From an uncultured Verrucomicrobiae bacterium (GTDB lineage: Bacteria > Verrucomicrobiota > Verrucomicrobiia > Limisphaerales > Palsa-1400): 64,000 nucleotides of DNA. The position numbers and the translations under genes are program-made. Each line of letters starts with the position of its first letter. The stretch's first letter is position 1. Below the pieces are notes generated by a model that ran no database searches, was not told the origin of the DNA, and saw only the letters and a program-made list of their open reading frames with translations. This document shows positions 27,901 to 42,900 of the stretch, piece after piece. The stretch lies in assembly GCA_963764165.1 (NCBI GenBank), contig CAVXRD010000002.1:3551161-3615160 (forward strand). Direction: 5' to 3'.

Positions 27901-30900
27901 CGCCGACCAACAGCCCGGCCGACCTGGCTGGGGCCACGCGGGTCGTTGGCGGCACGGTCGATATGGGCGCGTTCGAATTGCAGTCGGCGGCCGCGCCGAC
28001 ACCTGTCGAAGTGACTTCGCTCCCGCAATCGGCCACCTATTGCGCATCTGGCTTGGGGACGTCGCTAACCGTGACCGGCGGCGGGACCGATGTCTATGCG
28101 TGGCAAATAAACACGGGCGCGGGATTCGTGCCCGTGAGCGGTCAGATTTATTCCATAAACACCAGTGGCGGCAACTCGACGCTGTCCATTGCCACTCTTA
28201 CGCCCAGCATGAGCGGCTATCAGTACCAAGCCGTTGTAAATGGAGTTTATTTTTCACTCCCGGCGACGCTAACAGTTGACTCACCGACGACAATTTTTGT
28301 CAACCAGCACGCCAGCGGGGCCAATAACGGGACCACCTGGGCCAATGCTTTCACGAGCTTGAATACGGCGCTCGAGGCGGCTTCCGGGGGTTGCGTTCAA
28401 ATATGGGTGGCGGCGGGCACCTACCAGGCGCCCAGCGCGGGTTTTGCGATGCGCTCAGGCGTTGGGATTTATGGCGGGTTCAACGGTTCGGAAAGCGCTT
28501 TAAGCAGCCGCAATTGGACGGCCAACATTTGCATCCTCACACCCACAGGGAATAATGGGGTCATCGTTAATGACGGATCGGAAACGTCCGTGGATGCGAC
28601 GGCGATTCTGGACGGTTTCACCATCCAGGCGACCAACTCGATCCGAGCGGTGGAAAATCATTCCGGTGTCACACCGACCATTTCCAACTGCACATTCCAA
28701 GGGGCCGAAACAGCCATTTATGAGCAGGATTCTAGCGGAACCATTGGCAACTGCACTTTCGAGAACACTTCGGAACAGGCGATTTACCTGGAAGGGGCCG
28801 CTCCGCTCATCGCTAACTGCGAGTTCTCGAGCAACGTGGGAGCAATCTATAACAGCGGGAGCAGCCCGACGATCCAGGATTGCTCGTTCACCAATAATAC
28901 GAGCAGCGCGATTGAAAGCGCCGGTTCCTCAAGTCCGTTGATTAATCGTTGCATTTTTACCGGCAATACCGCCTGGCAAGGCGCCGGGTTGATGGATGAC
29001 TTCGAGTGCAGCCCGACGGTGGCCAACAGCTTATTTTACAACAATAGAGCCAGCTCCGTCGGTGGCGCTATTGTGCATGATGGCTCTTCTTTAACGGTGT
29101 TGAACTGCACGTTCTCGCAAAACTCGGCCGGCTATGACGGTGGAGCGATTTACGACGAAGGCACGAATCTGGCCGTCCTTAATTCGATTGTTTGGAACAA
29201 TCAGCTTGAATCAGAAGCCCTTGGACCTCGCACTCTCGAGCAACAACAGATTAATTATTACAGTGCCCAAGGCACCCCACCGGCAATCAGCAATTCATGC
29301 ATCGACGGACTCACCATTTATGCTGGCAACTTCAACATCGGCTATGATCCTCTGTTTAGTCAGCCGGCGGCGGGGGATTTCAGGTTGCAAGCGCCATCCC
29401 CTGCCATCGGGGGCGGCAATGGCGCCTACACGGCCACATATTTGACTGATCTGGCCGAATACCAACGTGTCGCCGGCCAACCGGTGGATATGGGCGCTTA
29501 CGAATTTCGAGGCACGCCCCTGCCGCCAATCGAGATTGCGCAAGCGCCGGTTGCGCAAATCGTTTGCGACGGGACGCCGTTTTCGTTCGCGCTGTCCTTC
29601 AGCGGTAATGCGCCTGTGCCTCAAGTTCAATGGCAAGTCAACAGCGGCGGGGGTTTTGTTGATGTTCCGACTGGCGCTCCCTACATGATAGTCAGCAACG
29701 AAACGTCGAACGTGCTTTCGGCCACGGCGGAATCGGCGTGGAGCGGAAATACTTATCGTTGGACCGTGCCGTCGGAAGGTTTTACCAGCGCGCCGTTCTC
29801 ATTGACGGTTAATCCAATTCAAATCATTTATGTCCAGGCTGGGGCGTCCGGTGCCAATAACGGGACCACTTGGGCCAACGCCTACACCAGCTTGAATACG
29901 GCGCTTGAGGCGGCTTCCGGGGGTTGCGCTCAAGTGTGGGTGGCGGCTGGCACTTACCAGGCGCCCAGCGCGGGTTTTGCGATGCATTCTGACGCCGGGA
30001 TCTATGGTGGGTTCAACGGCTGGGAAAGCGCTTTAAGCAGCCGCAATTGGACGACCAACATCTGCATCCTCACCCCCACAGGGAATAATGGGGTCATCGT
30101 TAATAACGGATTGGAAACGTCCGTGGATGCGACGGCGATTCTGGACGGTTTCACCATCCAGGCGGCCAACTCGAGCCGAGCGGTGGGAAATTATTCCGGT
30201 GTCACGCCGACCATTTCCAACTGCACGTTTCAAGGGGCCGCAACAGCCATTTATGAGCAGGATTCTGGCGGAACCATTGGCAACTGCTCTTTCGAGAACA
30301 CTTCGCAACAAGCGATTTACCTGGAAGGGGCCGCTCCACTCATCGCTACCTGCCAGTTCTCGAACAACATGGGAGCAATCTATAACAACGAGAGCAGCCC
30401 GACGATCCAGGATTGCTTGTTCACCAATAATACGAGCAGCGCGATTGAAAGCGCCGGTTCCTCAAGTCCGTTGATTAATCGTTGCATTTTTACCGGCAAT
30501 ACCGCCTCGCAGGGCGCCGGGTTGCTGGATGGCGTCACGTGCAGTCCGACGGTGGCCAACAGCTTATTTTACAACAATAGAGCCAGCTCCGTCGGTGGCG
30601 CTATCGTGCATGATGGCTCTTCTTTAACGGTGGTTAATTGTACGCTGGCGCAAAACTCGGCCGGCTATGACGGTGGAGCGATTTACAACTATGGCACGAA
30701 TCTGGCCGTCCTTAATTCGATTGTTTGGAACAATCAGCTCCAATCACAAATCTTTGGGCCTCGCACTCTCGAGCAACAACAGATTAATTTTGAAGGCGCC
30801 TTAGGCACCCCACCGGCGATCAGCAATTCATGCATCGACGGACTGGCCATTTATGCTGGCAACTTCAACATCGGCTATGATCCTCTGTTTAGTCAGCCGG

Positions 30901-33900
30901 CGGCGGGGGATTTCAGGTTGCAAGCGCCATCCCCGGCCATCGGGGGCGGCAATGGCGCCTACACGGCCACATATTTGACTGATCTGGCCGAATACCAACG
31001 TGTCGCCGGCCAACCGGTGGATATGGGCGCTTACGAATTTCGAGGCACGCCCCTGCCGCCAATCGAGATTGCGCAAGCGCCGGTTGCGCAAACCGTTTGC
31101 GACGGGACGCCGTTTTCGTTCGCGCTGTCCTTCAGCGGTAATGCGCCTGTGCCTCAAGTTCAATGGCAAGTCAACAGCGGCGGAGGTTTTGTTGATGTTC
31201 CGACTGGCGCCCCCTACATGATAGTCAGCAACGGAACGTCGAACGTGCTTTCGGCCACGGCGGAATCGGCGTTGAGCGGAAATACTTATCGTTGGATCGT
31301 GCCGTCGGAAGATTTTACCAACGCGCCGCTCCCATTGACGGTTAATCCAATTCAAATCATTTATGTCCAGGCCGGAGCGTCCGGGGCCAATAACGGGACC
31401 ACTTGGGCCAACGCCTACACCAGCTTGAATGCGGCGCTCAATGAGGCGGCCGGCGGCTGCGCTCAAGTGTGGGTGGCGGCGGGCACTTACCAGGCGCCCA
31501 GCACGGGCTTTGCGATGCGCTCAGGCGTTGGGATCTATGGCGGGTTCAACGGCTGGGAAGGCGCTTTAAGCAGCCGCAATTGGACGACCAACATCTGCAT
31601 CCTCACCCCCACAGGGAATAATGGGGTCATCGTTAATAACGGATTGGAAACGTCCGTGGATGCGACGGCGATTCTGGACGGTTTCACCATCCAGGCGGCC
31701 AACTCGAGCCGAGCGGTGGGAAATTATTCCGGTGTCACGCCGACCATTTCCAACTGCACGTTTCAAGGGGTCGAAACAGCCATTTATGAGCAGGATTCCG
31801 GCGGAACCATTGGCAAATGCTCTTTCGAGAACACTTCGCAACAGGCGATTTACCTGGAAGGGGCCGCTCCGCTCATAGCTAACTGCGAGTTCTCGAGCAA
31901 CGTGGGAGCAATCTATAACAACGAGAGCAGCCCGACGATCCAGGATTGCTCGTTCACCAATAATACGAGCAGCGCGATTGAAAGCGCCGGTTCCTCAAGT
32001 CCGTTGATTAATCGTTGCATTTTTACTGGCAATACCGCCTGGCAAGGCGCCGGGTTGATGGATGACTTCGAGTGCAGCCCGACGGTGGCCAACAGCTTAT
32101 TTTACAACAATAGAGCCAGCTCCGTCGGTGGCGCTATTGTGCATGATGGCTCTTCTTTAACGGTGTTGAACTGCACGTTCTCGCAAAACTCGGCCGCTGG
32201 GGATGGCGGAGCGATTTACGACAAAGGCACGAATCTGGCCGTCCTTAATTCGATTGTCTGGAACAATCAGATAGGCCCCACTCCAGACGGGCCTCGCACT
32301 CTCGAGCAACAACAGATTAATTTTGAAGGAACCCCACCGGCAATCAGCAATTCATGCATCGACGGACTCACCATTTATGCCGGCAACTTCAACATCGGCT
32401 ATGATCCTCTGTTTAGTCAGCCGGCGGCGGGGGATTTCAGATTGCAAGCGCCATCCCCCGCCATCGGGGGCGGCAATGGCGCCTACACGGCCACATATTT
32501 GACTGATCTGGCCGAATACCAACGTGTCGCCGGCCAACCCGTGGATATGGGCGCTTACGAATTTCAGGGCACGAAGCAGCAGGCTCTGGACCTTTTGCAA
32601 TCGCCAGTGGCACAGACGGTTTGTGAAGGGGGGACCGCATCCTTCACCGTCGTCTTTGGCAGCGGGGCGCCGTTGGCCGACTTGCAATGGCAGGTAAGTT
32701 CGGGGACGGGCGTCGTCAATGTGACTGACGATGGCACCAACCAGATCAGCACCGGCCTTAATTCGAGCACACTGACCATCCTGCATGCGCCGACTAATTT
32801 CAACGGCAACAGTTATAGTTTCGTTGTTCCCGCCAGCCAATTTGCCCTCGCACCAGTCACGCTCAATGTGACGCCGGCCAGGATCGTCTATGTCAATGTC
32901 AACAACCCAGCCACGGCGAAACCCGATGGCTGTTCGTGGGCCAGCGCCTATACTTCGCTGGCGCCGGCGGTGATGGCGGCGGCGGGAAGTTGCGCGCAAG
33001 TATGGGTGGCGGCGGGAACGTATTCGATTGCCGCGCCGGGGCTTTCGATGGTTTCCGGCGTGGGAATTTACGGCGGTTTTGCCGCCAACGACACCCATCT
33101 GACTGACCGCAATTGGACCAATAATCCGACGATTCTGCAGGCGGCGGGAAATGGGGCGGTGATCAATAATCAGGGCATCGCAACGCCAATTGACGAGAGC
33201 GCCATTCTGGATGGGTTCATCCTGAAAGGCTCGCCACAACAGTACACCATTGAAAATCAGCTCGGCGCCAGCCCGACCATCGCCAACTGCACTTTGCAGG
33301 GAGGACAATTTATGGTTGCGGAAGGGGCGGGAGTGATCCGCAATTGCACGTTTCTTAATTGCAGTCCGTCCGCCCTGTTGTTGAACAACGCATCGCCGAC
33401 CATCAGCGGATGCGTGTTTCAAAGCAACAATGGAGCGATTGACAGCGCGTTCGGAAGCCAGCCGGTCATTGAGGACTCTTCGTTCATGTGGAACACAAAT
33501 ACGCTCTCGGCTGGGGGCGCGATCAGCCTGAACTACTGTTCGGCCAGCATATTGCGTTGCGTCTTCACGGGCAACTATGCATTCACCGCAGGGGCGCTTT
33601 ACATCGACTCTTCCTCGACCGCGACGGCGGCCAATTGCCTGTTCTATAATAACAATACGGAACTGAACGGCGGCGCGGTGGAGAACCTCGGAACCAATCT
33701 GACAATTGTCAACTGCACGATTGCCGGGAACAAGGCGGCCCAGGCTGGCGGCGGAATTTATAGCCAGGGCAATAATGCGGCCGTTTTGAATTCAATTTTA
33801 TGGAACAATCAAAGCGGCGCCGCCGGCCAGAACTCGACCTCGGTTGAATTTCAGCAAATCGACTTTTCCTCCGCGCCCATCGCGGTGGAAAATTCGTGCG

Positions 33901-36900
33901 TCCAGGGGTTGGACATCTTTGCCGGGTTCGGAAATATCGGTTTCGATCCGCTTTTCAATGGGACCACTAGTTTTACGGTTGGCGCCGCGTCGCCGGCCAT
34001 CAACAGCGGCAATAACAATTATGCCAACGGACTGACTGGGGACCTCCTCCAGGCGCCGCGCATCGCCGGCGGTACGGTGGATATGGGCGCGTATGAATTT
34101 CAAGGCACTCCGGCCTCCACTGTGCTGGATGTAGCGACCTCGCCCGGCGGAGAATCCGTTTGCGAGGGCAACCCGGCGGTCTTTCAAGTCGTCTTCGCCA
34201 TTGGCAACCCACAGGTGCAATGGCAGATCAACAGTGGCGCGGGATATTATAATGTGACGGATGACAGCGTCACTTCGGTAACGACGGCGCAGAACTCCAG
34301 CACGCTGACCATCCCCAATTCGCCATCCAGTTTGAACGGGGCTTCCATCCGCTGGACCGTCCCCGCCGATCAATTCAGCAACGCGCCGGTAACGCTGGCG
34401 GTGAATCCGCCGCGGATCATTTATGTCAACGCGGCGGCGACGGGGACGCGCGACGGGAGCAGTTGGGCCAATGCTTTCACCGATTTAGGGTTGGCGCTGG
34501 CAGCCGCCAACTCCTGTTCGGAGGTATGGGTCGAGCGCGGCACTTACGTCACGGGCAACCTGGCGCTGTTGAGTGGTCTTTCGATTTATGGCGGGTTTTT
34601 CGGAAATGAATCAAGCCTCACACAACGAAATTGGACAACGAACATAACCATCATCTCTGGAATCAACGCGGTGGGGCATCTCTTTCAAACGGAAACTCCG
34701 GTTGACAACACGGCCATTCTCGACGGCTTCGTTCTGAGCAAAGCGACCAACGGGGCGGTGTTCAACATGGGTGGCGCCAGCCCGACAATTCAGAACTGCG
34801 TATTCACGGGAAATCGCGGGCAGGTCTCGGCGATTTGGAACCAGGACGGCTGCGCGCCGGTTATCTCGTCCTGCATTTTCAGCAATAACGCCTCCAGTTC
34901 GGCAACCGTCGAGGATGTGGCCGGCGCGATGACGATGGTTGACTGTTTGGTCGTGCAGAACACTTCGTCAGGGAACGCCGGCGGGATTTTGAGCTATAAT
35001 TCACAAGATGCACTTGTCAATTGCACGCTAAGCGGCAATGCCGCGCAGGCCTGCGGCGGCGTGTATGTGGAGGGTGGATACTGCTCGTTGCTCAACAGCA
35101 TTGTTTGGAACAACACGGGCGCGGGTTCCGTGACGCCCGAGAGCGCCCAAATTGATGCGATGGCTGGAGCCGGGCTTGTGGTATCGAGTTCGTGCGTCCA
35201 AGGGAGCACCGATTCGACGCAGGGAAATACCGCCTACGATCCGCTTTTCAATAATCCGCAAGCGGGCGATTACACGCTCAACAGCCTGTCGCCGTTGATC
35301 GACGCGGGTAATAATGCATATGCGAGTTTGGCCGGCTCCTTTGATCTGGCGGGCAACGCTCGGGTCGCGCGAGGGGGGATTGATATGGGAGCGTACGAGT
35401 CGCTGACTGCTCGCAGTTCACAACCAGCCTGGCTGACCTTGTTGCCGTTGGGCACCAGCGCGTGCGGCGGCGGCAGTTCCGTCGAGTTGACGGTCGCCGG
35501 GCCGGAAACAAACAGTTATCTTTGGGAAGTGGACACGGGGAGCGGATGGGAGACGGCGAGTGGCGCGGCTTATTCCGTGAGCAACAACCCCGGCGTTTCC
35601 TCGCTCACTATTCTGGCGCCGACGACCGCGATGAATGGCAATCAATTCCGCATCGCCCTCAATGGGTCGGCGTATGTTTCGGCTCCCGCCACCCTCAGTG
35701 TTGGGGCTCCCACTGTCATTTATGTCAACGCCCATGCCCCGCAAACGCCCCACACCGGCCAAAATTGGTTTGACGCCTACACGACTCTTGACGATGCCCT
35801 CAGCAATGCCAGTCCCTGCTCGCAAATATGGGTGCTGAACGGGACTTATCAACCATCCGCCAGCGGCCCGGGCTTCTATCAACTAGTGCCCGGCGTGCAG
35901 ATTTATGGCGGTTTCAATGGAACCGAAACCGACCCGACGCGACGCAATTTGACCAATTTCGCGACCGTTCTTTCGCCAACGGGCCTCAATCCGATTTTCT
36001 ACAATGAAGGACTGGGCATCGAGCTTGACAGCGGGGCGGTGCTGGACGGCTTCACGCTCTCGACCACCAACGGCACGCCGGCAATCGATAACGAATTCTC
36101 GGCCAATCCAATCATTCGCAATTGTATCTTCGAGGCCACCAACGGCCCCGCGTTGAGCATTTATTCGGCGGCGGGAATTATAGCTGACTGCACTTTCCTG
36201 AATTGCGGCCAGGATGGATTGGATTTGAACAGCGCGACGCCGTTGGTGACAGGCTGCACGTTTGTCGCCACTGCGCAGAACGCGATTTCAATTCAGAACA
36301 GCTCGCCCATGATTACGAACTGTGCCTTTGAGAACGGTCTGGGGGCGGCGTTATTGTTGCAGAACTCCTCCGCAACAGTGGCGAGTTGCCTCTTTGCCAG
36401 CAACACTCAAGCCATCGAGTTGGAATCTGAAACCGCCCCCATCATTCAGGATTGCATCTTCAACGGAAACTCGAATCCGACGCTCGAGGGCGCGATTATT
36501 AGCTTCAGCGGCGCATCCCCCTTGATCAATCGTTGCGTTTTTTCGGGCAATGCGGCGTGGACAGGCGCGGCGATGGTGAATTTGCCGGGCAGCAGCGTCA
36601 CGGTCGCCAACAGCTTGTTTGACAACAATAGCGCGGGCAGCACTGGCGGGGCCATTGACCAAGCCGGGGGAAGTTTGACGATTTTAAACTGCACGCTGGC
36701 TGGAAACTTCGCCCACATTAGCGGCGGCGCGATCGAGTTGGATGGAGGGAGCGTTACGGTGTTCAATTCGATTCTATTCGACAACACGAGCGACCTGATT
36801 TACTCGCAAGCTCATGATCCCGAGCTGCAACAATTGCAAGTTTCCACGGGGACATCCGTTCAAATCAGCAATTCCTGCGTGCAGGGATTGTCTCGTTATG

Positions 36901-39900
36901 CCGGCAATTTCAACATCGGGTTTGATCCTCTCTTTATTGGACCCGCCAGTGGAAATTTCTTGCTCGATCCGTCCTCGCCTTGCGTTGACGCGGGCAACTT
37001 CCTTTATCTAAGCGCCGCGGTAAGCAACCTGGATCTCGCGTTGAAAAACCGCGTTTTCGGTATCAACGTGGATATGGGGGCCTACGAATTGCAAGCCGAC
37101 CCCGGCACAAAAGTAAAAGTCGCGCGCCAGCCGCTTTCGCAATCAGTTTGCGAGAATGAAACGGCGGCGTTGAGCGTCGGCTTGTTCACAAATCTTACAG
37201 TGCCGTCCATTCAATGGCAGATGCTGGGATCCAATGGCTACGTGCCTATCGTCAGCGGAGGCGTCAATGAAGTCGTTGCGTCGTCTGGTGCGAACACTCT
37301 TCTTATCAGCAACGTCCAAGCCGGGACGCAGACCTATCGCTGGACGGTACCATCGGTCCGCTACTTCAGCGCGCCCGTCACCGTAACAGCCAATGTGCCG
37401 ACAATTGTGTATGTGAATTCTACGGCGACTGGCGGCAATAACGGGACAACCTGGCACGATGCCTTCACCAATTTGCAAACGGCGCTGGGATCCGCCGCAA
37501 GCTGCTCGCAAATCTGGGTGGCGCAGGGCAACTATGTTGTAACGCCGGACGCATTCGGTTTTACGACATTTTCAATGAAACCTGGCGTGCGGCTTTACGG
37601 CGGGTTTGCCGGAACGGAAACCGACTTCGTCGATCGCAGACTCAATCTATATCAAACGGTATTGATTGGCGACGGAACCAACGCCGTCGTGACCGCGCCG
37701 GGTGAGAACGGAACCATAGATTCCACTTGTACGTTGGATGGGTTCACGGTGGAAAATCCAGGAACGGGTTTGGGCGCGATCGGGCTGGAAATCGATCAGG
37801 CCAGTCCAACAATTGCGAATTGCACGTTTATCAATTGCGGAAGCAGTGGACTTTTTGTGGCGGGCGGAAACCCCAGTGTCGTCAATTGCCTTTTCACCAG
37901 CAACAGCCTGTCGGGCTTGTATTTAAATATCGGTTCGACGGCACTTGTGAGCAATTGCGTGTTCCTCAACAATACAGCGACCACCGCAGGCGGCGGCGGG
38001 ATGACGCTGGAAACAGCTTCGGCATCAGTCCTGAATTGCCAATTCACCAACAACGTGGGGGTGTCCGCCGGTGGCATTTATGGCGACCAGAGCACGCTCG
38101 GCTTGAACGACTGCATCTTCTTTACCAATTCATCGCCGAATGGCGCGGGGGGTGTGCAGTCGGAGGATGGCGGCTCGCTCTCCGTAACTAACTCGCTGTT
38201 TGCGGCGAACAGTTCGGGTTTTAAAGGCAGTGCCCTGTCCAGTTACGAGGGTTTTTGCCGAGTCGTCAACTGCACTGTGGCAAATAATAGCGCCGCTAAC
38301 GGGGAGGCCTTCTACTTACAGAGCGGCAATGGGATCGTAGAAAACTCCATCTTTTGGAATAATAGCAGCGCCTGGCCTTACGATACTGTCGAACAACGGC
38401 AGTTCGACGCCGATTTCCCAATCGGCGGGAGCATTGCGGTGAGCAACTGCCTCATCCAAGGGCTGCAATATTATGGCGGCAATGGCAACATCGATCTGGA
38501 CCCGGACTTTGTTGCGCCGCTTTCGGACAACTTCCGTCCCGGCTCGATCTCCCTGGCAATCAACGCCGGCAACAACTCCGCTGTCAATACCACCTCGACA
38601 GATTTGGACGGGAATCCCCGGCTCTACGGCAGCGCAGTGGACATGGGCGCTTACGAAGCGCAGTTTAGCCCCGGGCAATCCTTAACCGTTTGTCCTGGAA
38701 ATTCGATTGTCGCGACCGCCAGCGGTTCAGCCAACACCACTTTCCAATGGCAGATCAATAGTGGCGGCGGATTCAATAATGTGAGCGCCGGCGGCCTTTT
38801 CACCATCAGCCTCGAAAACACCAATGGCGGCGCGATTGGCGCGCTGACCATTTCTCCGGCGGACTCGAGCATGAACGGATGGGAAATTCGCTATCAGGAT
38901 TCAAATGGCGGCGTCTCAGTGCCCATTACGGTGCAAATCAGCGTGCCGGCTACGGTGTACGTCAACGCCGCGGCTACTAATAGCGCGCAGGATGGCAGCA
39001 GTTGGATTAACGCCTTCACCAATTTGAGCCAGGCCTTGGCGGCGTCCAGTTGCGCGGAAATCTGGGTTGCCCGCGGTACCTACGTTCCAGTGGCGAGTTC
39101 GAATGGCGTGAATTCGTTCGAGATGGCATCGGGCGTCGCAATCTATGGCGGATTTGCCGGGACGGAAGCAGCCCGCGCGCAAAGAAACTGGATGACCAAC
39201 CCGACCGTCCTGCAAGAAGCCTCGCCGAGCAATGCGGTGATCTACAACGGCAGTTTCATCAATAGCACGGCGATACTTGATGGGTTCCAAATTGCCAACT
39301 CTCAAACGGGCGCGGCCATTGAAAATGAAAATGGAGCATCACCGACGATTCAGAATTGCCTGTTCTTCGGCAACCAGGGACAGTGCATCCTTAATACCGG
39401 AAACGCGATCATCCAGAACTGCGTGTTTTCCAACAACATTCAAAGCGTCATGTATAATGTCGGCGGGAGCGAGCAAATTATTGGCTGCGTATTCGCCAGC
39501 AACGGTCCTGCTCCTTTGGGCGCAGCAATCCAAAATCTCACCTCCGCCACACCACTCATCGAAGCCTGCATATTCAACGGCAACAGCACGAGCGGCTACG
39601 GAGAGGGCGGCGCGATCTATAACGGCGGGACATCGGCGGCCCAAATTTTCCGATGCGTCTTTGCCGGCAACCAGTCTGCCCAAGGCGGCGCGGTTTATAT
39701 TTCCAGTCAAAGTTCGCCCACGCTGGCCAGTTGCCTGTTTGACAACAACACCGCCCAGAGCCTCGGCGGCGCGCTGGCCAATTTCAGCACCAGAACTGTC
39801 TCGCTCAACAATTGCACCATCGCGGCGAATGCCGCGGACTCGATTGCTGGCGGCGGCATCTTCAGCCAAGGCCCGCTCGTCCTGACAAACTGCATTCTTT

Positions 39901-42900
39901 GGGGCAATACTGTGCCCGGCGTTTCAGGCGTCAGCCTGGCTCAGGCGCAACTTTATGACACCGCTTCGGCGACCCTTGCGGGAACCATTGTGCAAGGCTC
40001 GGCCGGAAGCTACGATCCGGATTTCGTCGGCGTTGCGGATTTTCATTTGCAATCCGATTCCCCCGCGATAGGCGCGGGCGTGAATCCTTCCGCGCCCCAG
40101 CCGACCTCCCTCGACCTTGACGGCAACCCGCGGGAAACGAACGGGAGTCTGGACCTGGGCGCTTATGAATTTCAAGGCGCCCCGGCGCCTTTCCGCCCGA
40201 TTGTTTTCTTGTCTCCCGCCAGCGCGCAAGTGTGCGTGGGCCAGCCGGCGATCTTTTCCATTGCGGCGAATTATTCATTTGACTGGCAAATTTTCAGCAA
40301 CGGCGCGTTCGTGGATATTGCCCCAGGCGGCGCTTATAGCCTGACGACCAACGGCAATGAAGAAACGCTCGAAATTATGAACGCGAGCCCGGCCATGAAT
40401 GGAGAAACATTCCAAGCCGCCGTTCCAGGAACTTCCTTCGCGACCGCGCCAGTCACACTGACGGTGACTCCGCCGCAAATTATTTATGTCAATTCGAGCA
40501 ATGCCGCGCCTGGCGACGGCTCCAGTTGGGGCGCGGCGCTCGCCGACTTGCCGGGCGCCATCGCCCAAGCCGGCGGCTGCTCTGAAATTTGGGTGGCGGC
40601 GGGCAGCTATGTTGAGAACGACCTGGCGCTCAAACCTGGCCTGGCGATCTATGGCGGCTTCGCGGGAAATGAAACCAACCGGGCGCAGCGTAATTGGATA
40701 ACCAACGTCGCCGTCCTTCAATCTGCGCCTCTGGCGGAGGTCATTGAAAATGTAAATTCAACGTTCACCCTCGGTTCGACAGCGGTGCTGGATGGCTTCA
40801 CCATATACGGCAGCAGCGGACAGGCGGCGGTATTTTTGATTTCCAACAGCCCGTCATTTCAGAATTGCGTTTTCGCCCAGAACAGCAACCACCTCGCAGT
40901 CGTTGAATTGGGTGTGGGCGCCAATGCCGCCTTCACCAATTGCATTTTCCGCAACAACGCGGCCACGGCTGTTTTCGCCGATGGCGCGTCGCCCTCGTTC
41001 ACCAATTGCCTCTTTGTCAAAAATACGACCGCCTCGGCTGGCGGGGCCATTTCCGCGCTCGGCGGCAGTTTGACTCTCGCGGGCTGCGATTTTCTAACCA
41101 ATTCGTCCGCCCAAGCCGGCGGCGGACTGGCGCTCAACGGGTCCACGGTGACAGTGATTGGTTGCATCTTTGAAAGCAACTCCAGCACGGTCGGGGGCGG
41201 GGCGATGGATATTAGCGGTTCTTCAACGGTCACCGCGGGTAATTCGCTTCTGGCCGGCAATTCCGGCGTGAACGGTGGCGGAATCAACAGCACCGCTTCG
41301 CAAGTCACGCTCTATAACTGCACTTTGGCTCAGAACTATGCCTCGGGATTTGGCGGAGGCTTTTACCAATCGCAGGGGACGGCGTCGATGGCCAATTGCA
41401 TTTTCTGGCAAAACATGGCGACGTCCCCCAACGGCAATGGCACAGTGGAAACGGCCCAAATCACGAACAATGGCGGGGTGCTTTCGGTTTCGTATTCGTG
41501 CATACAGGGACTCAATACTTACTCCTATCTGAGCGGCGACATCATCAACATACCTTGGGACCCGTTGTTCACCGGCTCTGGCGACTTCCATTTGAACGCG
41601 AATTCGCCGTGCATCAACGCGGGCAACAACGCCTCTTATCCAAACCCGCAGGGGTCAGCGGTGGATCTCGACGGTAACCCAAGATTCGTCGGCGTCATTG
41701 ACATGGGCCCTTATGAGAACCAAAACCCCGGCACAGCCGCGTTGGTTCTGGCACAACCACAATCGCCGACGGTTTGCCAGGGTAATACCACGACATTCAG
41801 CGTCTCCGGCGATCCGGGGCTGATTAACGGGTTGAGTTGGCAGGCGAACTTTGGAGCCGGCTTTGCTACTCTGCTCACCAGCGCATATGTCAGTTTCATC
41901 ACCGGCCCAAGCAATTCGACCCTGGTCATTGCCAATCCGCCGCTTAATTATTCGGGATACCAGTTCCGCGCCATCGCTCCGAACTATGTTTCCCCGCCGG
42001 TGACGTTGACGGTGCAGCCGCGTGGGGTCATCTACGTCAATGCCTATGCAAACGGAGGAAACAATGGATTGAGTTGGTCCAGCGCCTATACCGATTTGCA
42101 AACAGCGCTGGCGGCCGCAGGCCCATGTTCTGACGTTTGGGTGGCGGAAGGTGTCTATGTGCCCGATTCAGGTTCATTCGAGATTCCGGCCCAGACGAAA
42201 GTTTATGGCGGATTTTCAGGCGGCGAGACAATCGAGTCGCAACGCAATTGGAGCGCGTACCCCACAGTCCTGGCGGGCAATGGCCACGCTCATGTGGTGG
42301 CCAATATCCTAAATCCGGCACTGGGCACGACGATTGATCATGCGACGGTCCTTGATGGATTCACCATTGTCGGAACCAACGGATACTTTGGGGTCTATAA
42401 TCAGAATGCCAGCCCCGCCATCCAGAACTGTCTTTTCCCCGGGAATTCGTCGGTGGCCATGTATAACTCCGACTCAAGTCCGCTGGTTTCGGGTTGCGTT
42501 TTCAGCAATAACACTGCCGCCGCCATGGAGAACGTTCTGGGTTCCGCGCCGCTGGTTACCAACTGTCTCTTCACCAGCAACAACGGGTCTGTGACAGTGG
42601 TCGAAAATGACGGCGGCTCGCCGCAGTTTCAATACTGCACGTTCCAGGACAATTCGGAGATCGGCCCGGGCGCGGCGATTCAGAATAATTCCGGCAGCGA
42701 GTGCGGGATACTGAGTTGCGTTTTCTCGAAGAATTCGGTGGGCAACAGAAACGGCGGCGCGCTCTACAATGATGCTTCGAGCACCATCGGGGCGACAAAC
42801 TGCTTGTTGGTTAACAACACCGCGTGGATCGGCGGGGCCGTCCTCAATGCCGGCGCCATCGCTCTGGTTAATTGCACGGCCACGGAAAATGCCGCGCTCC

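Noticed and set aside
28310..32575. Diversity-generating retroelement TR/VR pair
   Set aside because: Differences are not confined to adenines, all copies are in-frame coding, and no reverse transcriptase is in the window.
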